A stretch of DNA of 64,000 nt from Rhodosorus marinus CCMP1338 (lineage: Eukaryota; Plantae; Rhodophyta), in NCBI GenBank assembly GCA_029953675.1, contig JAMWBK010000007.1:1488001-1552000 (forward strand), given 5' to 3'. The notes under the pieces are model-generated. The model ran no database searches. It saw only the letters and a list, made by a program, of their open reading frames with translations, and had not been told where the DNA came from. This document shows positions 12,875 to 25,980 of the stretch, in pieces. Every line of letters starts with the position of its first letter. Positions within the stretch are counted from its first letter, which is position 1. The position numbers and the translations under genes are program-made.

Positions 12875-13737
12875 CAAAACGAAAAAGCGTCACCCATCAA
12901 TACATGACAGTCAACGTCCACGGTCAAAACCCGGTGGAGTCAATTTCAATATTGGACAGAAAACTCACCCTCACAATACGCACCGTAAAAAAAACTCTTC
13001 AAAAACTTATTCCACCCAATATACAGTATATACCATTAATATATAGAATATATTAAATATACAATCCGTAATATCCAGTATAATATATCGTATATAATAT
13101 ACGATGGGTTCTAGAAATATCCTATCTGACCAATCATTGATGAATATTACAATGGGTGTCGTTTTGTTTTTTTTTATTTAATATTGAATTAGTAAGTTCT
13201 CCTGTACTAAAGAATCAAGGCAGCGTTGCAATGGGACAGGCTGTCCTATGGGTTGACATCGATGACGGTTCATGGGTCATTGTGGACGTGTTAGTTTCTT
13301 TAGGAAGTTTGGTACGGAATGCATCTGTCTTACTTGCTCCCCCACCAAGAATTCAGGTAAACACCAAGAAAGAAGCCCTGGAAAAGGAATTGTATTCGGA
13401 CCGTTTTACTCAGCTCCGTGAAAGGCGCCCGTAGACTTTCCCGACGTGATCGGATTCCTGAGCTTGATCATTGAATTCCCCACGACGAGCCATGACTGCT
13501 TATGGCGGACTGACAGATTCCCAAGCCGTTTGTCGATTGATCTCGGCGACTGACTAGCGCTTGACTAGGATATGCGGCATGCACGGGAGTGCGATTTTGT
13601 CACTTGACGCTGATTTTTTATTAACGATTAGCCCCGGACTGGAGGTGATCCACGGAAGACTCTCTGCAACAAGGAAGAAGGGATCGATCCCGTAAGCTCC
13701 TACAGCCCATAGGTTCTGCAATGGGTGAAAAAATTTG

Positions 13738-14799
13738 TTAGTACTTGTATCCCGGGTTGTGCATCTGCCTGACCCCTCCTTTGTCATCGTAGCTCTCAAG
13801 CTCCTCGATGTCGAGTCTGCTGCCCACGAATATTGGAAGGCGGTGATGGGGCTTGGTTGGTTCGACCTCAAGAATTCTTCCAACGCCGGTGCTCGCGGCA
13901 CCGCCGGCGTTCTCCACAATGAACGCGATCGGGTTTCCCTCGTACACTAGTCTAAGGTGAGCCCTCGGATTCATCGCGATTCCCCCCCGGAACAAGACGT
14001 AATGTACGTCGGCAACCAGCGAGCAAATATATTTGGTATCGTACTTCCTTCCAGTTCTTCCCCTTCCGTTCTTGATGTCTGTGATGTACTGCTGGAGTCC
14101 TGTTGGCCAGTCGTGGAACCTCCCATCGTTGACGCTGTAGCTGCTCCCAGATTGAGGAACCTTAATGTTCGGATGTGTGAGAACGAAATCTCCCGTTTCA
14201 GAATCCAGAGTGAAGGCGAACGTGCCGCTTCCATCGGACAGCACGAGAATTGTCGCTGCAGAGTATAAACAGTATCCAGCGAGGGCCAGCTTGCTACCTA
14301 GCTGAAGAGCTTGATCAGGACCGGAGCCTGTGGTTTTGTAAACTCCGAAGATCGTCCCGGTTGGGATACATGCAGCAATGTTCGAGGATCCGTCAAGGGG
14401 ATCGAACACGACAGCATAGCCGTCCTCATTGGGGTCCTCTTTGACCACCACGTCATCTTCCTCCTCGCTGGCAATCATGTTCACAAACTCACACCTTCCC
14501 AAAGCATCCACAAACAAGTCATTGGCGACAACATCGAGAGCCTTTACCGAGTCCCCGCTGGCGTTCGTCTTGTCATCCGCGGTCCCCCCAAGAAGCGCAT
14601 CCAATCCAGCCCGTCGAACTTTATTCGATGTTTGATATAGACCTTCTTTAACAGCCCCACAAACCTCCTTCAAGCCAACACTCCAACCCCTCTCCGCACC
14701 AAACGACCTAAGCGATGTCCCAGCCCTTACACATACTAAAACAGATCGACGACAGCGACCAACATCCAGCCATCCAGGCCGACCCAAAAAAGCCTCCAT
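13738..14799 (-). CDS. Class-1 FBPase/SBPase-family phosphatase, divergent, probably plastid-targeted, single exon
   Basis: NASGDSVKALDV, IASEEE, FDPLDGSSN, GTIFGVY, AGYCLY and LRLVYE motifs, with a transit-peptide-like N-terminus. Confidence 0.9.
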   Translation of the reverse strand: MEAFLGRPGWLDVGRCRRSVLVCVRAGTSLRSFGAERGWSVGLKEVCGAVKEGLYQTSNKVRRAGLDALLGGTADDKTNASGDSVKALDVVANDLFVDALGRCEFVNMIASEEEDDVVVKEDPNEDGYAVVFDPLDGSSNIAACIPTGTIFGVYKTTGSGPDQALQLGSKLALAGYCLYSAATILVLSDGSGTFAFTLDSETGDFVLTHPNIKVPQSGSSYSVNDGRFHDWPTGLQQYITDIKNGRGRTGRKYDTKYICSLVADVHYVLFRGGIAMNPRAHLRLVYEGNPIAFIVENAGGAASTGVGRILEVEPTKPHHRLPIFVGSRLDIEELESYDDKGGVRQMHNPGYKY

Positions 14800-15853
14800 G
14801 GTTTCCCTTTCAAACTCTCCTCCGTCTCATAAGCAGACTCCCACAGATCCTCTTCTCTCAGTCACAGATACCGTCTACTCCATTCAGGCCTTGAACAAGA
14901 CACAAGCACACCCTGCTACCGCCAGACCACCTGATTGCCTTCACAATAATACCTGCTGCCCCGCCCGGAACGATTTTGAAGGTCGACTAACTGGATTGGA
15001 CTTGTCCCAATGTCGTCGCTTTTGGAAAACTAACCTCGATCAGGGCCCTAGAAGATTTTGACTTGTACAAGAATGGTCAGGAAAGGCCTGGCTGCAGTTG
15101 TTTCTGTGGACTCATTGCTCGTCTCACAGTGCTGAGAACTAGGCAGATGTAGCCCGTCTAAAAAAAACTTCTCCCGACGAAATCGCCATGGCCACCTGAG
15201 ACCTTGCTACCATCTTTGCCGCGAGGACAAGCGATCGTGGAGCGGCTGTGGATTCTCCTCTCAACAGAATCGAGCGGGTGTCCTGCGAAAAACTCCCGGG
15301 AGCCCCGCCTGGAAGGATCTTTTTCGTAGAAACGTCGTTATCTAGGACTAGCCAGACCCACAAGGACTGCAGTTGACCGATTCCTGTGCAACGGAGTCCC
15401 TTCGCTGGTTCGTTGAACAACAGGAGGGCTTATGACCTTTCGACAAAAGCCCTGGAGCAGGTACGGTGTCCTGATATGAGCTGCGCTCGACGACTGAGAA
15501 ACTAGATGACCAGAGTAAAACTGGGGCGATTCGACTCGTAAAGACTTGTATACGTTTAAAACCCAGGATATATTCAAAGTAGGACGAAAAGACTCAGAAA
15601 GTCTTCTGCGGATCAAAAACAAAAATTCGGAAACATACGACCCCACAAAAAAAACCCTCACTATCTTATTTCTCAAGTAACCTACCGCGGTAGGAAACGG
15701 GAACGAGAGCTGATCGGCGCTTCTTATGTCGGCGCTTCTTATGTACATTACAATCCCCAATCGATTGCACTCTATATCACACACATCACATGCACACAGG
15801 TGAGCTACGAGGAGAACGAAACAGACTAAGTCTCGACTTGTTGTAAGAGCCCA

Positions 15854-17571
15854 TCAGTTTCGGTCTTCGGAACTCGACCGTGGGTCTTCCTTCCGCCGCG
15901 TTTCTACAGGGGACTTTTTAGAATTCTCGACTGGTTTGACACCCTTTCCGCGAGTCCTGCTGGAGCCCTTGACCTTGACGCCTAGTCTTTTCCCATCTCT
16001 GATCGTCGCAATGTGGAGGAAGTGGGGCGAGAAACAGCGATTCGAATCAGAAAAGCGGTTATGGCAGTGGATCCAATCTCGTCCGTCGTTCACGAGAAAG
16101 GGAGAGCATTCTTTGAAAGGAGAACTTACGTGTGGACCAGGTCTGCGTTGACTGACTCGCCAGATCCGTTCTGCTCGGGCAAACAAGGGGACATCGTTCT
16201 GCTCCCAGGATTGCTACTGCTTGGGTCGTCTGCTTCATTCCAGTTGTCATCCGAGCTACAGTTCTGTTTCCGCCTCTCCCTTCGACTCAGAGCGGTCATG
16301 TCCATACCGCTTCCGCCCATATCGGAGTTCGAGCCAGAATTGGCGTTCTCCTGTCCACTGTTTTCATTCTCGGTGGAGGGGTCGCGCTCAACCTGTCCAC
16401 TCAGTTTTCGCTCCCTTTCTGCGGCGAACGGGTACTGCCCACTCTGTTCAACCATCACAGGACGCGCGTTGTTGTACATAGCTTGATTCGCCCGTACGCT
16501 AGAGTTGTTCATTCCAGCTCGCATCCGAGTCCTCTTCAAAACTTTCATCCTGTGTGCTCGCCGATCAGCAGCATCCAATTTCTTGGAAGAAACATGCCGA
16601 CGGTCATCAACGCAGTCCTTTGCGTTCGCGCTGCTCGAACCTAGTTGGGAAGAAAATTTTCGGATCCAGAGATTCTCCTCAGTAAAACCAGTGTCCAGAC
16701 TACAATGCCCAGCATGGATACTCTTCGTGACGTACCTTTCTGGTAGTAGCTTGAGCAGAAGCTTGGATGCGCACCAGTATGAGAATAATATCCACTGCCA
16801 CTGAGAGAGTTCGAGCCAAGCCCGTGCGGAACCACGTACGGCTGCTGATGATGGTGTCCATAATGGTGCGTAGAATGGTGACATGAATATGTCGTGGACG
16901 CTTCATCGCCAGGAGACGAGTGCGCAGAGCATTTTAAGTGCTGGTACGACGGCGTCCAAGGCATGTACGAATTCTGTTGCATTTGCTCCATACCGCCCGG
17001 CATAGGATAGTAATGAAGATGCATCGGCTGGGAGTACGCAGGAAACGATGAGACAGGAGACATCATGATTTCCTCCGTCGCGCGAGGACGACGATCGAAG
17101 GCGCCAGCCGACTTCTTCTTTGGTCTCGGCGGCGGTATGAACTCTTGAGGCTGTTCCTTCGCCAACTATGCAGCGCAAGCAAACAAATAAAGTGCACATT
17201 CAAACCTTCAGTGTCCCTGCATCGCCCAAGGCGAGTTGACTCCAAAGAAACAGGCTCCTTACCTTCTTGAAATATTTCTGGGCATGACTCCTTATCTGAA
17301 GCACCGTCCTCGTTTCAACATGCGCTTCAATCTTTTTCCAATCTCTCTCATAAAGCTTAACCGCCTCAACAAACCTCTCATGCTCCTCCGGCGTCCACGC
17401 TTCCCTCTTCTCCGCCGTTTTGGTATACGGCTTTCTCGGTTTCCGAACAACCTGGTACCCACTTACCACATCATCTATCTGCCCCGTCGGGGCAGCTGCA
17501 ACTCCCCAATCATACCTTCCACCCACCCCACCATACCCGGGGCCCACCCATCCTCCCGGAACGTAATTCAT
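15854..17571 (-). CDS. SHAQKYF-class single-MYB transcription factor (CCA1/LHY/REVEILLE-like), 4 exons
   Basis: [60 protein letters not shown]|[18 protein letters not shown]. Further introns at AAAG|gtacgt and CAC AC|gtaagt lead to a last exon ending SSEDRN*. Confidence 0.9.
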
Positions 17572-18580
17572 TTCTCCAAAACAAAACCCAAAACCCTTCA
17601 AACCCTTTATGTCGCCAGCTCCAACTCCAATGTCCTTCTCATCCCCTCCACAGTCATCTCAACCAACAAACCCACCACACCCTTCCCAGCTCCAACAAAA
17701 CCCAAAAACACTTCACACTCTCAAAAACATCCAGAATTTCAGAAAACTTCCCATATCCCAAGCCACTCACTATCCATTCCCCCTTTCTTCCGCCCTCCCC
17801 CCACCGTCCCTCTCCCCTCCCCAACCCTCCCACAACCAAATTTCTCTTATCCCGAGAAAGAATCACAACCTTCAAAACCTAAACCGCCTCCCACCCTTCA
17901 AAACTCTATTAAAAACCAACAATAATTTCAACAAGCACACTCACTCCTCGTTGAAGCCAAATCCGTTTTCTAAACCGCCTCCGCCTCAATAAAACTTCGA
18001 CACATCAATAGTCTTACTCTTACGGTGGGTATGATTTCATATACGAATCATCTTCCATAAGATTACCCCCCTGCATAGTTTGTTTACCGGATTTAATCAT
18101 AATTAGCTATTTTTTGGCACTCTGTAAGAAATGTGTAACCCCTTGAGTAGTATCGGAATGAAGTTGGAAAGGGAATTGTTAGGGGTAGGGAGACCCAAAT
18201 GACAAAGGAAACGGGTGTTAAATTTTTGTAGAAAAAATTGAAGCTGTGAGCATTTGGGGGGAGGAACTGGAGAAAACCTTTTGATTATTGACCAATCATG
18301 TGTGGGAATTAGGCGCATATCAAGAGGCGGTTTGAATAGATGACCAATGGAAAGAGTTGGAATCGGGAGATTGGACGAATGGGTGGAGATTTTCGCGGAG
18401 AGGCGTGATGGGTCACACGCCCTAACACGGGAAGGGTCGGGTTTAGCGTGTTTTTCCGATGCCCTGCCGAGATATAGATTTGTAGAAACTTCTTCTAGCT
18501 TGTTAGTACTGGAATGATGTACTATAACGTACTATTGGATGAGGGGAGTCCTAGCATGATGGTGGAGAGTCGATTCGCAC

Positions 18581-20091
18581 ATGTTTATCGAGGACCCCAA
18601 GGCCCGTAGATGCGAGGTAAGCGGGTCGGGGTTCCCTAGGGAGGGCCGTTTCAACCAAGCAGACCCTTTTACGTTTCATGGAATAGTGCGTTCAGGAGCC
18701 TGAATTCCACTAGGTTGCTACAGCTTTTGCCCCTCCGTCCGGGAACGCGGCTCTGGTCTGGTTTTGTTCGTTGATGGTCCTTATCCGGTGTCGGATTGGT
18801 TCTTAGGCATGGGGGCAAGAGCTTTCAGAAGCGATTTCAGCAGGGGGCTGCAAGTTGATATGAAAATTGTCACTTTTAACCAGAGCTAGGACAGGATTGA
18901 ATGTACTTCGGCTCTTTGATGGCCTCCAACGGCACCAGGATAAGGGACAGAAATACTCCATAGATCTTCGCGGGACGTTTTCGAGGGACCACAAGATTCA
19001 GCTCATACTCACCGACGAAGAACCGTCTAGTTGTAGGCCTGAGCAGAACATTTTCATAGCCCAGCGTATTGTTCGAAGGTGAACCCTGTGTTCTCATGAA
19101 ACTACGAGGGGTGAAGATCTGCGGCCAAACCCAGGAAGGGAATCAGCTGAAATCAGTCAGAGCTTGACCTGGACGCGAGGCTGAGCATTGTCCGACTGCT
19201 GTTTGCGGTTCCGAGTCGCATGTAGGCGTACCCCTCACCTGGTTCCCTTTGTCTTGGTCTTTGACTACCGTCGGATCCAATCCGTTTCTTGACGGGGGCC
19301 TTTCTTCTTGTTTGTTTATGAATCCGTCTCCCCGCCGGATTTTCTTCGAGACCCATCAACAATCGCACGTCCCTGTTTGACGCTTCGACTTGCGTACGCT
19401 GAGTACGAAGAACCAAAACGCGCAGGTTTCAGCTCGTCTGCAGATCTACTCACGACAGGCCCTTGCAATCATCGAACTACAAGGGCACTTACGGATGTAG
19501 TTCCCTTTTCCATTTGCTTTGAACGCCTCGTGGATCAGGAACAGGCCATCGGAGAACATTTTTTCTCATGTTTTCACCTGAGAACAATATTGACGCGGGA
19601 TTACGACGGCATTGTAATCATCTTGGTTGAATTGGTCCGCCAGTCCCAACGTATTCGAAGAGACAGATCCGCCACACGACCATCTCACAAAGTCGAAATT
19701 TGAAGTCTTCGAATGCCAAGGAAGCTCCAAGCGAGCACAAGCATTGCACCCACCTCTCCATAGCTGAAAGCTTGACCGCTGCCGGAAGAAGGATGTAGTG
19801 GTTCGAGAAAAAGCAATTTTATAAAGAGGATGAGCTCGGATATGCAAAGAACGTATACTTCGGGTGCCAACGCCTGAAAGCTTGAAAGAGCATGGCACTA
19901 GGTTTGCTTGGCTTGCAGCCTTGGATGTCGTCGCTTGTTAGATCTGTTCCAATCCTTTGGCACGGGATCATAGAAAAATCACCTTGCAGATCTACGACTA
20001 CGATTCCAGCTTTATCCGTGGCTTCCAACTGCACTCCTCTGCCGCAGTTGAAAACCTTTTGAGTCCGTCTCTGCTAGACCCTGTCGGGTAA
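18581..20091 (+). CDS. Possible intron-rich gene, structure unresolved
   Basis: Several short frames bounded by splice signals: MFIEDPKARRCE|gtaagc, tag|WFEKKQFYKEDELGYAKN, cag|IYDYDSSFIRGFQLHSSAAVENLL...*. It lies just downstream of an AT island with a G-rich plus strand. Confidence 0.3.
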
Positions 20092-20198
20092 TGATGTACA
20101 CAACGCTGCGCTTTGTTTAGCAGACATATTCCATTCTAGACTTACAAATTATGTACAAAGCAATCGCAAAGGATAATAATTTCACGGCAAGGAAACTC

Positions 20199-20951
20199 TC
20201 AATCTCCCCACAATCCAGAGGCCCTTTCCATCTTCCAGGAAACCTCCTCATCGTCATAGACAACATCCTTCGTGACGTCCTCGAACCTGCCAATTCGGGA
20301 TCGGTGATCCTCTAGGAGCAGTCTACCCGCGTTGAGCGCCAAATGCGCCCAGGACGTGGGAACATTCCGAAGCTTTTTGAGCTCGCATGACTTTCTGTTC
20401 ATGTGATAGCCAAGCCTACCACTTCTCTCGATGAGAACGAGCCCGAGTACTGTCATGTAGCAGAGACAAAACGTCACAGGGAATGTCTCTGCAAGCGTGC
20501 GAAGGGAAACAGAGTCAGCAGATGAAACAAAAGGCAGTTCGAATTTTTGCAGGGCGCAAACTGAAGCAAGACAATTCTGCTCAGGGTCGTTGAATGAAAC
20601 TGTACCTTCTCTCCGTACGCAGCGGCCAATCGATATGTGCAAGTGTGCGAAAAGCACGAAAAGCGCGAGCGCTTGTGACACGTCATCTCGATCCAAGGTA
20701 AAGCTCATTTGAGCGAGCATGAGCAAGTACCCTGCCAGGACAAACATCGAGTTGGCAAGCAGTACCATTTTCACCACAGGCGAGTGTCTCAAGCTCCAAA
20801 TATCTAACACCGGATTTCTCCCAACCAAACTCAGCAGACAAATCCCTCCAAACACAAGGAGAAGCCATAGCGTGCAAAGCGCTACCACCTGAGACACCTT
20901 CCCCATCCCTATCAAAAGCACAAACTTACAAACACGGCACACCAATACCAA
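20199..20951 (-). CDS. Hypothetical multi-pass membrane protein (5' end uncertain, possible upstream exon near 21070)
   Basis: 250-codon ORF with about four long hydrophobic segments. No family recognised. Confidence 0.55.
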   Translation of the reverse strand: MVLVCRVCKFVLLIGMGKVSQVVALCTLWLLLVFGGICLLSLVGRNPVLDIWSLRHSPVVKMVLLANSMFVLAGYLLMLAQMSFTLDRDDVSQALALFVLFAHLHISIGRCVRREGTVSFNDPEQNCLASVCALQKFELPFVSSADSVSLRTLAETFPVTFCLCYMTVLGLVLIERSGRLGYHMNRKSCELKKLRNVPTSWAHLALNAGRLLLEDHRSRIGRFEDVTKDVVYDDEEVSWKMERASGLWGD

Positions 20952-23029
20952 AAAAACCTTCCCTATTCACCAGCCGTTCATTGACAACACAGCTCTTCAT
21001 AATACAAGCACCCATCCTACGCATCACAACTACCTCTTCCATCCATCCATATCCCATCAGATTACTGTCCAAACCATACCGCTTCTCCCTCCTCCTCCTC
21101 CTCCGCCACCAGCCTCACTCTACACCATCCAAAATAAAACCTCTCTCCAAAACAACCACAGCACAACTCGTATGGAGCGCCAAAAATGAAAAACGAATAA
21201 AATAACCCCATCGGAGCCTCTCAGATGCTCCACATCGATTCTATAAAAATCAATTAAGAGTCATCCACTTATTCAATCATTATTCTGGTATTATTACTTT
21301 ATTATAATATTACGGTATAAATAGACTGAATACTATAGTGACGTTTGAATTACAAACATGCGGGATGGTGGGGGCGTTTTATCCATCAGGTATTGACGGG
21401 CTTCACGCAGTGCAAAAACAGGCAACCAAAAAAAAAAAAATTTAATTCCCCACCGGACGAAATGGAGAGCAAAACAAAAACAAAAGCGACGGGGTAGACA
21501 AGAAAACAAAAAACCTATTAGAAGAATATGGACTTTGAGACCAGGGGCACGGTTCCCTCAAGAACAGGCGTGAAGAACAGTTAAAAATATCATTTAATTA
21601 GAAAATGGAATATAAAGTAAGGGATCGTGAAACATTTTGTTCGACATTTATAGGGGTGGGGAGGGGGGAAGAGGGATACTGATAGTGGATTAAATTGTCC
21701 CGGGGTCCATGGTCCGATAGCCTTATTTTTTTTATCGTCCTTCATAGTTCTTCGTATGTCCCAAAAAAATAAGGCGAATGTTTGGTCTTTGCCTTACACA
21801 ATATTTTAGTTATTCCTCGTCATCAAGGGATTTCTTGAATCATGATTTGCTCTTGATTCCAAAACCAAAAACCAACAAAAGGGTAATACCCACTCCCAAA
21901 AAGGGAAATATATATATTTCAAATTATTTTAAGTTAATTCACTTAATTTTTCTTTCTATATTACCCCCTTACATTTTCTTCTTCATATATGCGAATGAAA
22001 TGAGCAAGGGAGGAAACAGACAGCAGACAGAGAGGACGTTATAATATTCTCACTCAGCTTTCACCTTTAGAGACATGACAATCACTGCACTCCTCAAAGA
22101 ACTTCTGGTGGGTTCTTCCCGCCCCCAGTAAATATTTTTAAATCAACAACTCAGGCAACGTTTCACTTCCCATTCTTTGTTTTTCCCCTGTTTGTTTTTT
22201 TCTAATTTTCCCCATGTTTCCATGTTTAATCCAAATTTTTGGGGTTGTCGACCTATTTCCTGCCTCCCCGTTCGTGTTTTTAATGTTTCACACCGATCCT
22301 GATAATCGGCGTGAGACGTTACTTTCAAAAAGGGGGTTTAAAATTATAATTTTATAAATATATTGTATTTTTGGGCAGTTTTGACGGGGGTGATTTATGT
22401 CGTCTTCTTGTTTTCTTTGCTGACAAGGGTGGAAACTTCCCGAGCATGAAAACCTTGAGCATCTTCAAAATTTATCGATTTTATTTAAGTCGAACAAGTT
22501 TTTAAGGGTTTTCCCCCCCCCCGAAAATTCTGAATTAGAACAGCGTGCGATTGCCGAAAGTGAACGATTTTATTCCCCCTTTTCGATTTCACGGATTGGA
22601 AATGGACGAAGTGTCCCGGTCAGGGGGGGGGGGGGAAAGGCGGTGAGCGAGTTTCCTCAGAGTTCTGTACAACCTTCAAAAAAATTCTGCAAAAATAGTT
22701 GACATACGGAAAACAATAGGAATACGTGTATCTCTCAAAATTTCTAAAAATACTGGTGGACACTTAGAGGATCGAGATCATCAGGTTAAACGGACATTTA
22801 GGATAAATAGGCGTGATGTGTTTCTAGTCTAGAGAATAATATTCTCCAAAATTCAAAGTAATATTTTGCGCGGTAAATTCTTGTCGTAGATTCTAGAAAT
22901 ATTTGTTTAAAGATGAAATAAGGGCGGAAACCTGTCTGTGAATTTACAAATGTAGGTGATTTAGGATATGGGGAAGGTGTTATAGTTTGGTTTTAGTACT
23001 CCTTCGTACGTGATTGTGCATTGTACAAG

Positions 23030-24116
23030 TGAAGAGCGCCACGATTTCTGTGATCGAAGATGGGTGGCAGTCCGCGTGGTACGGGACCTTCCCGACGTGG
23101 AAGAGTTGGAAACGTCTCAAAACTGAATTGATGGATTCCAAGAGCATGAAGGAATACATCCAAACGTCGTTCAACACCGACGCGGTCTGAGGACCAGAAA
23201 GGAGAGGTCCATCTGGCAAAACCTGCTTGGCCGGCTGGCTAGGTTCGACGGAGCATAACTAATCGGCTAGGCCTCCCTCAGGAAACCTCTGCTCGAGCAA
23301 ACTCTCTGGAGTCCACATCTTTAATAGAACCGGGCCTGCCTCATTTGTCATGGTTTTGATGAACTAATCCATCCAATCAACGAGCTCGTTTCAAAGGCTC
23401 GCTGATATGGACGGCTTTTCGAGCCTCTGAAATTGCTCTGCTGGTTTCGGTGTAGGTTCTGCTCTCCCGAAAATTGGTAAAGCTCGACTTCATCGTGGTG
23501 ACAGGTCTGCTCCTGAGGGGTTCCACGTTCAAGTCCCATAGAGTTCGACCCTGCGCTCTATGGGGTCCCAGACAAGGAAGTCTATACTTGCGGGGCCCGC
23601 ACTTAAGCTCCCATCAGAAATCCGACAAGGTACAGAAAAGGCTTTTCGCACAATAAAGAAGGAGGTCGGCAGAGTCTTGTGTCCGACTAAACATTTTGCT
23701 TCAAGCTCGGTCCTGAATACCCTTCAAGTTTTTCTACTTTATCGCTCGTGTTGAAGAGAAAGAAGGGATTGAGCTCGGAAGGTTTACGCATCCACTGCAG
23801 AAGCTGCGCTCAATCTTTTCTCAGCTACGGATTTACCAACCTTGGAGTACGACAACGCTCGTACTGCAATCGCGCCGAGGTCTTGGATACAAGAAAGCAG
23901 CCATTCTTTACTGGAAGCAATCAATCGCCTAGCAAAAAAAGATCGATGATTGCTCCTAAACAACTGTTTCAGACTGGTTCAGTCTCCTTTCCATGGACAC
24001 AAGAGGACGAACCACTAACCCTTGAAGCAGGGTTTGAACCCAGACCCGAACTCTACAAAAGGAACGCCGCAGGTAAGGCCCCACTTAGTGCCTATCCACA
24101 TCGACACCCTTCATGA
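23030..24116 (+). CDS. Possible spliced gene, unresolved
   Basis: Coding-like frame 23030-23190 (SATISVIEDGWQSAWYGTFPTWKSWKRLKTELMDSK) and ORF 23748-24116. It follows a large AT island. Confidence 0.25.
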
Positions 24117-24185
24117 AGTCTCCAAATCCACCATATACTGTGCTCTAGCCATGAGGAAGGACGATGTCAGAGTACAACGAGATCG

Positions 24186-25178
24186 TCAGGTTTCGATGAA
24201 CTCGATTCCTGGTTCACTCTGGAGATAGATATAGCCAAAGAACGTGATCATCATTCCAGCGGCGTAGCGCATGCTAACTGTCCAAGTTTGTTGCTCTTCA
24301 GGCGATCTGACCGGGGCTTTCGATTTTCTTGGTTCCGCTTGAGGCTGTACAAAGTTTGCACTGGACGGCGTATTGAAGTATCTCTCCCTTATCCGCTTCA
24401 CCAGCTCCATGAGCGATGGAAACCCAGTGGAAAGCATCTCGCTCAGCTTTCCCTCGGGGATTTTTCCAGACGATGCGCATCCAAAGTACCCGAAGACAAA
24501 CGCGTCTACGGTGGTTGGATGCTCACTGAAGAACCAGTCTCGACGTCCCAATCTAGATTCCAGGCATCCATACGCTTCTTCTGCAAGGAACGATATTTCG
24601 TCTTCCTCCGCCTATGCAGAAAAACGAAAAAAAGTAAGTGTTCAAGATACATTCTACGGCGTTTGCTGACCAGATCATCGGTGGACGCTTTTCCCTACCG
24701 CTACTCTCCGTTCTTGAAGCACCTTGCTCCGCCTCCATCGTGGATAGATCTCCGACATGGGAAACCTATAATCCTCCCCAAGTAGGCTTTTAAGTCCCAA
24801 CCGGAAGTTTTCCTTCTCGATCCACCATTCCAAGATCCGCGCGAGGTCGGCGTCTTGAACCAGCGACCGAAACGCGGCAGCTTCAGATTTTTGCACCGTC
24901 GTGAGCTGCCTGTCTACGTCGTACCCGCTGTCCTTCATTCTCCTTATAAACTCTCCAAGTCCATCACAGATTGTACTCGGACCTTGCGCGAATATCAGCT
25001 CGACAACTGGCAGGTTCCTTCCAGGATCAGCCACCGCAACCACATAAGGGATCTGAGCAAATCTCAACATACATTGAGCTACACAGCACTCCGGGTTGAT
25101 ACTGGGCATATCCCATCCTGATCGCTCTTGATAAACCCTGGCGGATACAACTCTCCTTGTCACCACCATCCCTTCCAA
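24186..25178 (-). CDS. Metaxin/SAM37-like mitochondrial outer-membrane protein, 2 exons
   Basis: WDMPSINPECCVAQCMLRFA, LPVV, and after the intron AYGCLESRLGRRDWFFSEHPTTVDAFVFGY (GST-like C domain), with a C-terminal TM segment. Confidence 0.85.
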
Positions 25179-25368
25179 AAGAGGACCAGGAAAGCCCCCA
25201 ACTCAATAAAAGTTAAAACAACTTCACTTCCAACTAGCCTTCTTCGTCAAGATCTGCCACTCTGTAATTCCAAGTCACCAAGGCGCCGTGGTGTCGCTTG
25301 CCGAGAACACCGAGCGGTACGCATCCCCACCGATCAATACGTAGCCTCTTGATATATCTGATGAGTTC

Positions 25369-25980
25369 TCACCAGAGTCCAGGACAATCCTCTCTGATAG
25401 AGCTCGGAACATCGAGCAAGTCAAGCTTCGGATCGAGCATGTACGAACTATCTAGCAGAACATTCCCATAGTTCGTGTGGGCCATAATGTGGTCTTTGAT
25501 TCCAGTGAGCGTTTCTGTCGTCTTGATCCAGACTACGCTATTCGCTACCGCTCGGAACTCCCTGTCATTCCTTAGCTAGTGGTCCACTTAAGAGATAGAT
25601 TCCTCTCTGTTTCCGTAGCGACTCTGGCTCTCAGTATTTTGCCGGTCAGGCGTCTACGAAGGGTCGCTTTCCGATTCTTGGACAGATGGATTGTAAGCGT
25701 CTTTTTGCTCTCCACAGCGGTCGAATCTTAAATGGTGAAGCTATCAACAGGTTATTTCTTCTATTGAGGCGCATTTGGAGTCCCACGACCACGGCAGACG
25801 AAACAGACCATCGCACAACCGAAATGGACTGCTGACCAGGGATGACTAGTTCCCATATCCAGCGTTTGCGGTGTCGGCGAATACAATCGTCCCCAAATTG
25901 AGTTCCTTGCCACCATGTCCATACCTCCGACTCGACGGAATAGGGCTGGTCTCCATAGCTGACCAGCACCTGACATCCGC
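25369..25980 (-). CDS. Possible spliced gene, unresolved
   Basis: Coding-like exons GCQVLVSYGDQPYSVESE|gtatgg, tag|LHHLRFDRCGEQKDAYNP and tag|LRNDREFRAVANSVVWIKTTETLTGIKDHIMAHTNYGNVLLDSSY... Confidence 0.35.

Noticed and set aside
13226-13434. 68-codon plus-strand ORF after an AT island
   Set aside because: Short, no motif, and no support beyond its position.
15716-15745. 15-bp tandem duplication cggcgcttcttatgt; also gtaggtgggattacgctt twice near 54750 and 54798
   Set aside because: Trivial local slippage duplications in UTR or intergenic DNA.
18808-18870. In-frame TGA (18861-18863) between two open stretches, suggesting selenocysteine or readthrough
   Set aside because: No Cys-like redox context and no SECIS identified. 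An intron or non-coding sequence is more likely.
24020-24050. GGGTTCAAACCC on the minus strand resembling a tRNA T-arm
   Set aside because: The T-stem pairs poorly, and no D-arm or acceptor stem can be built.
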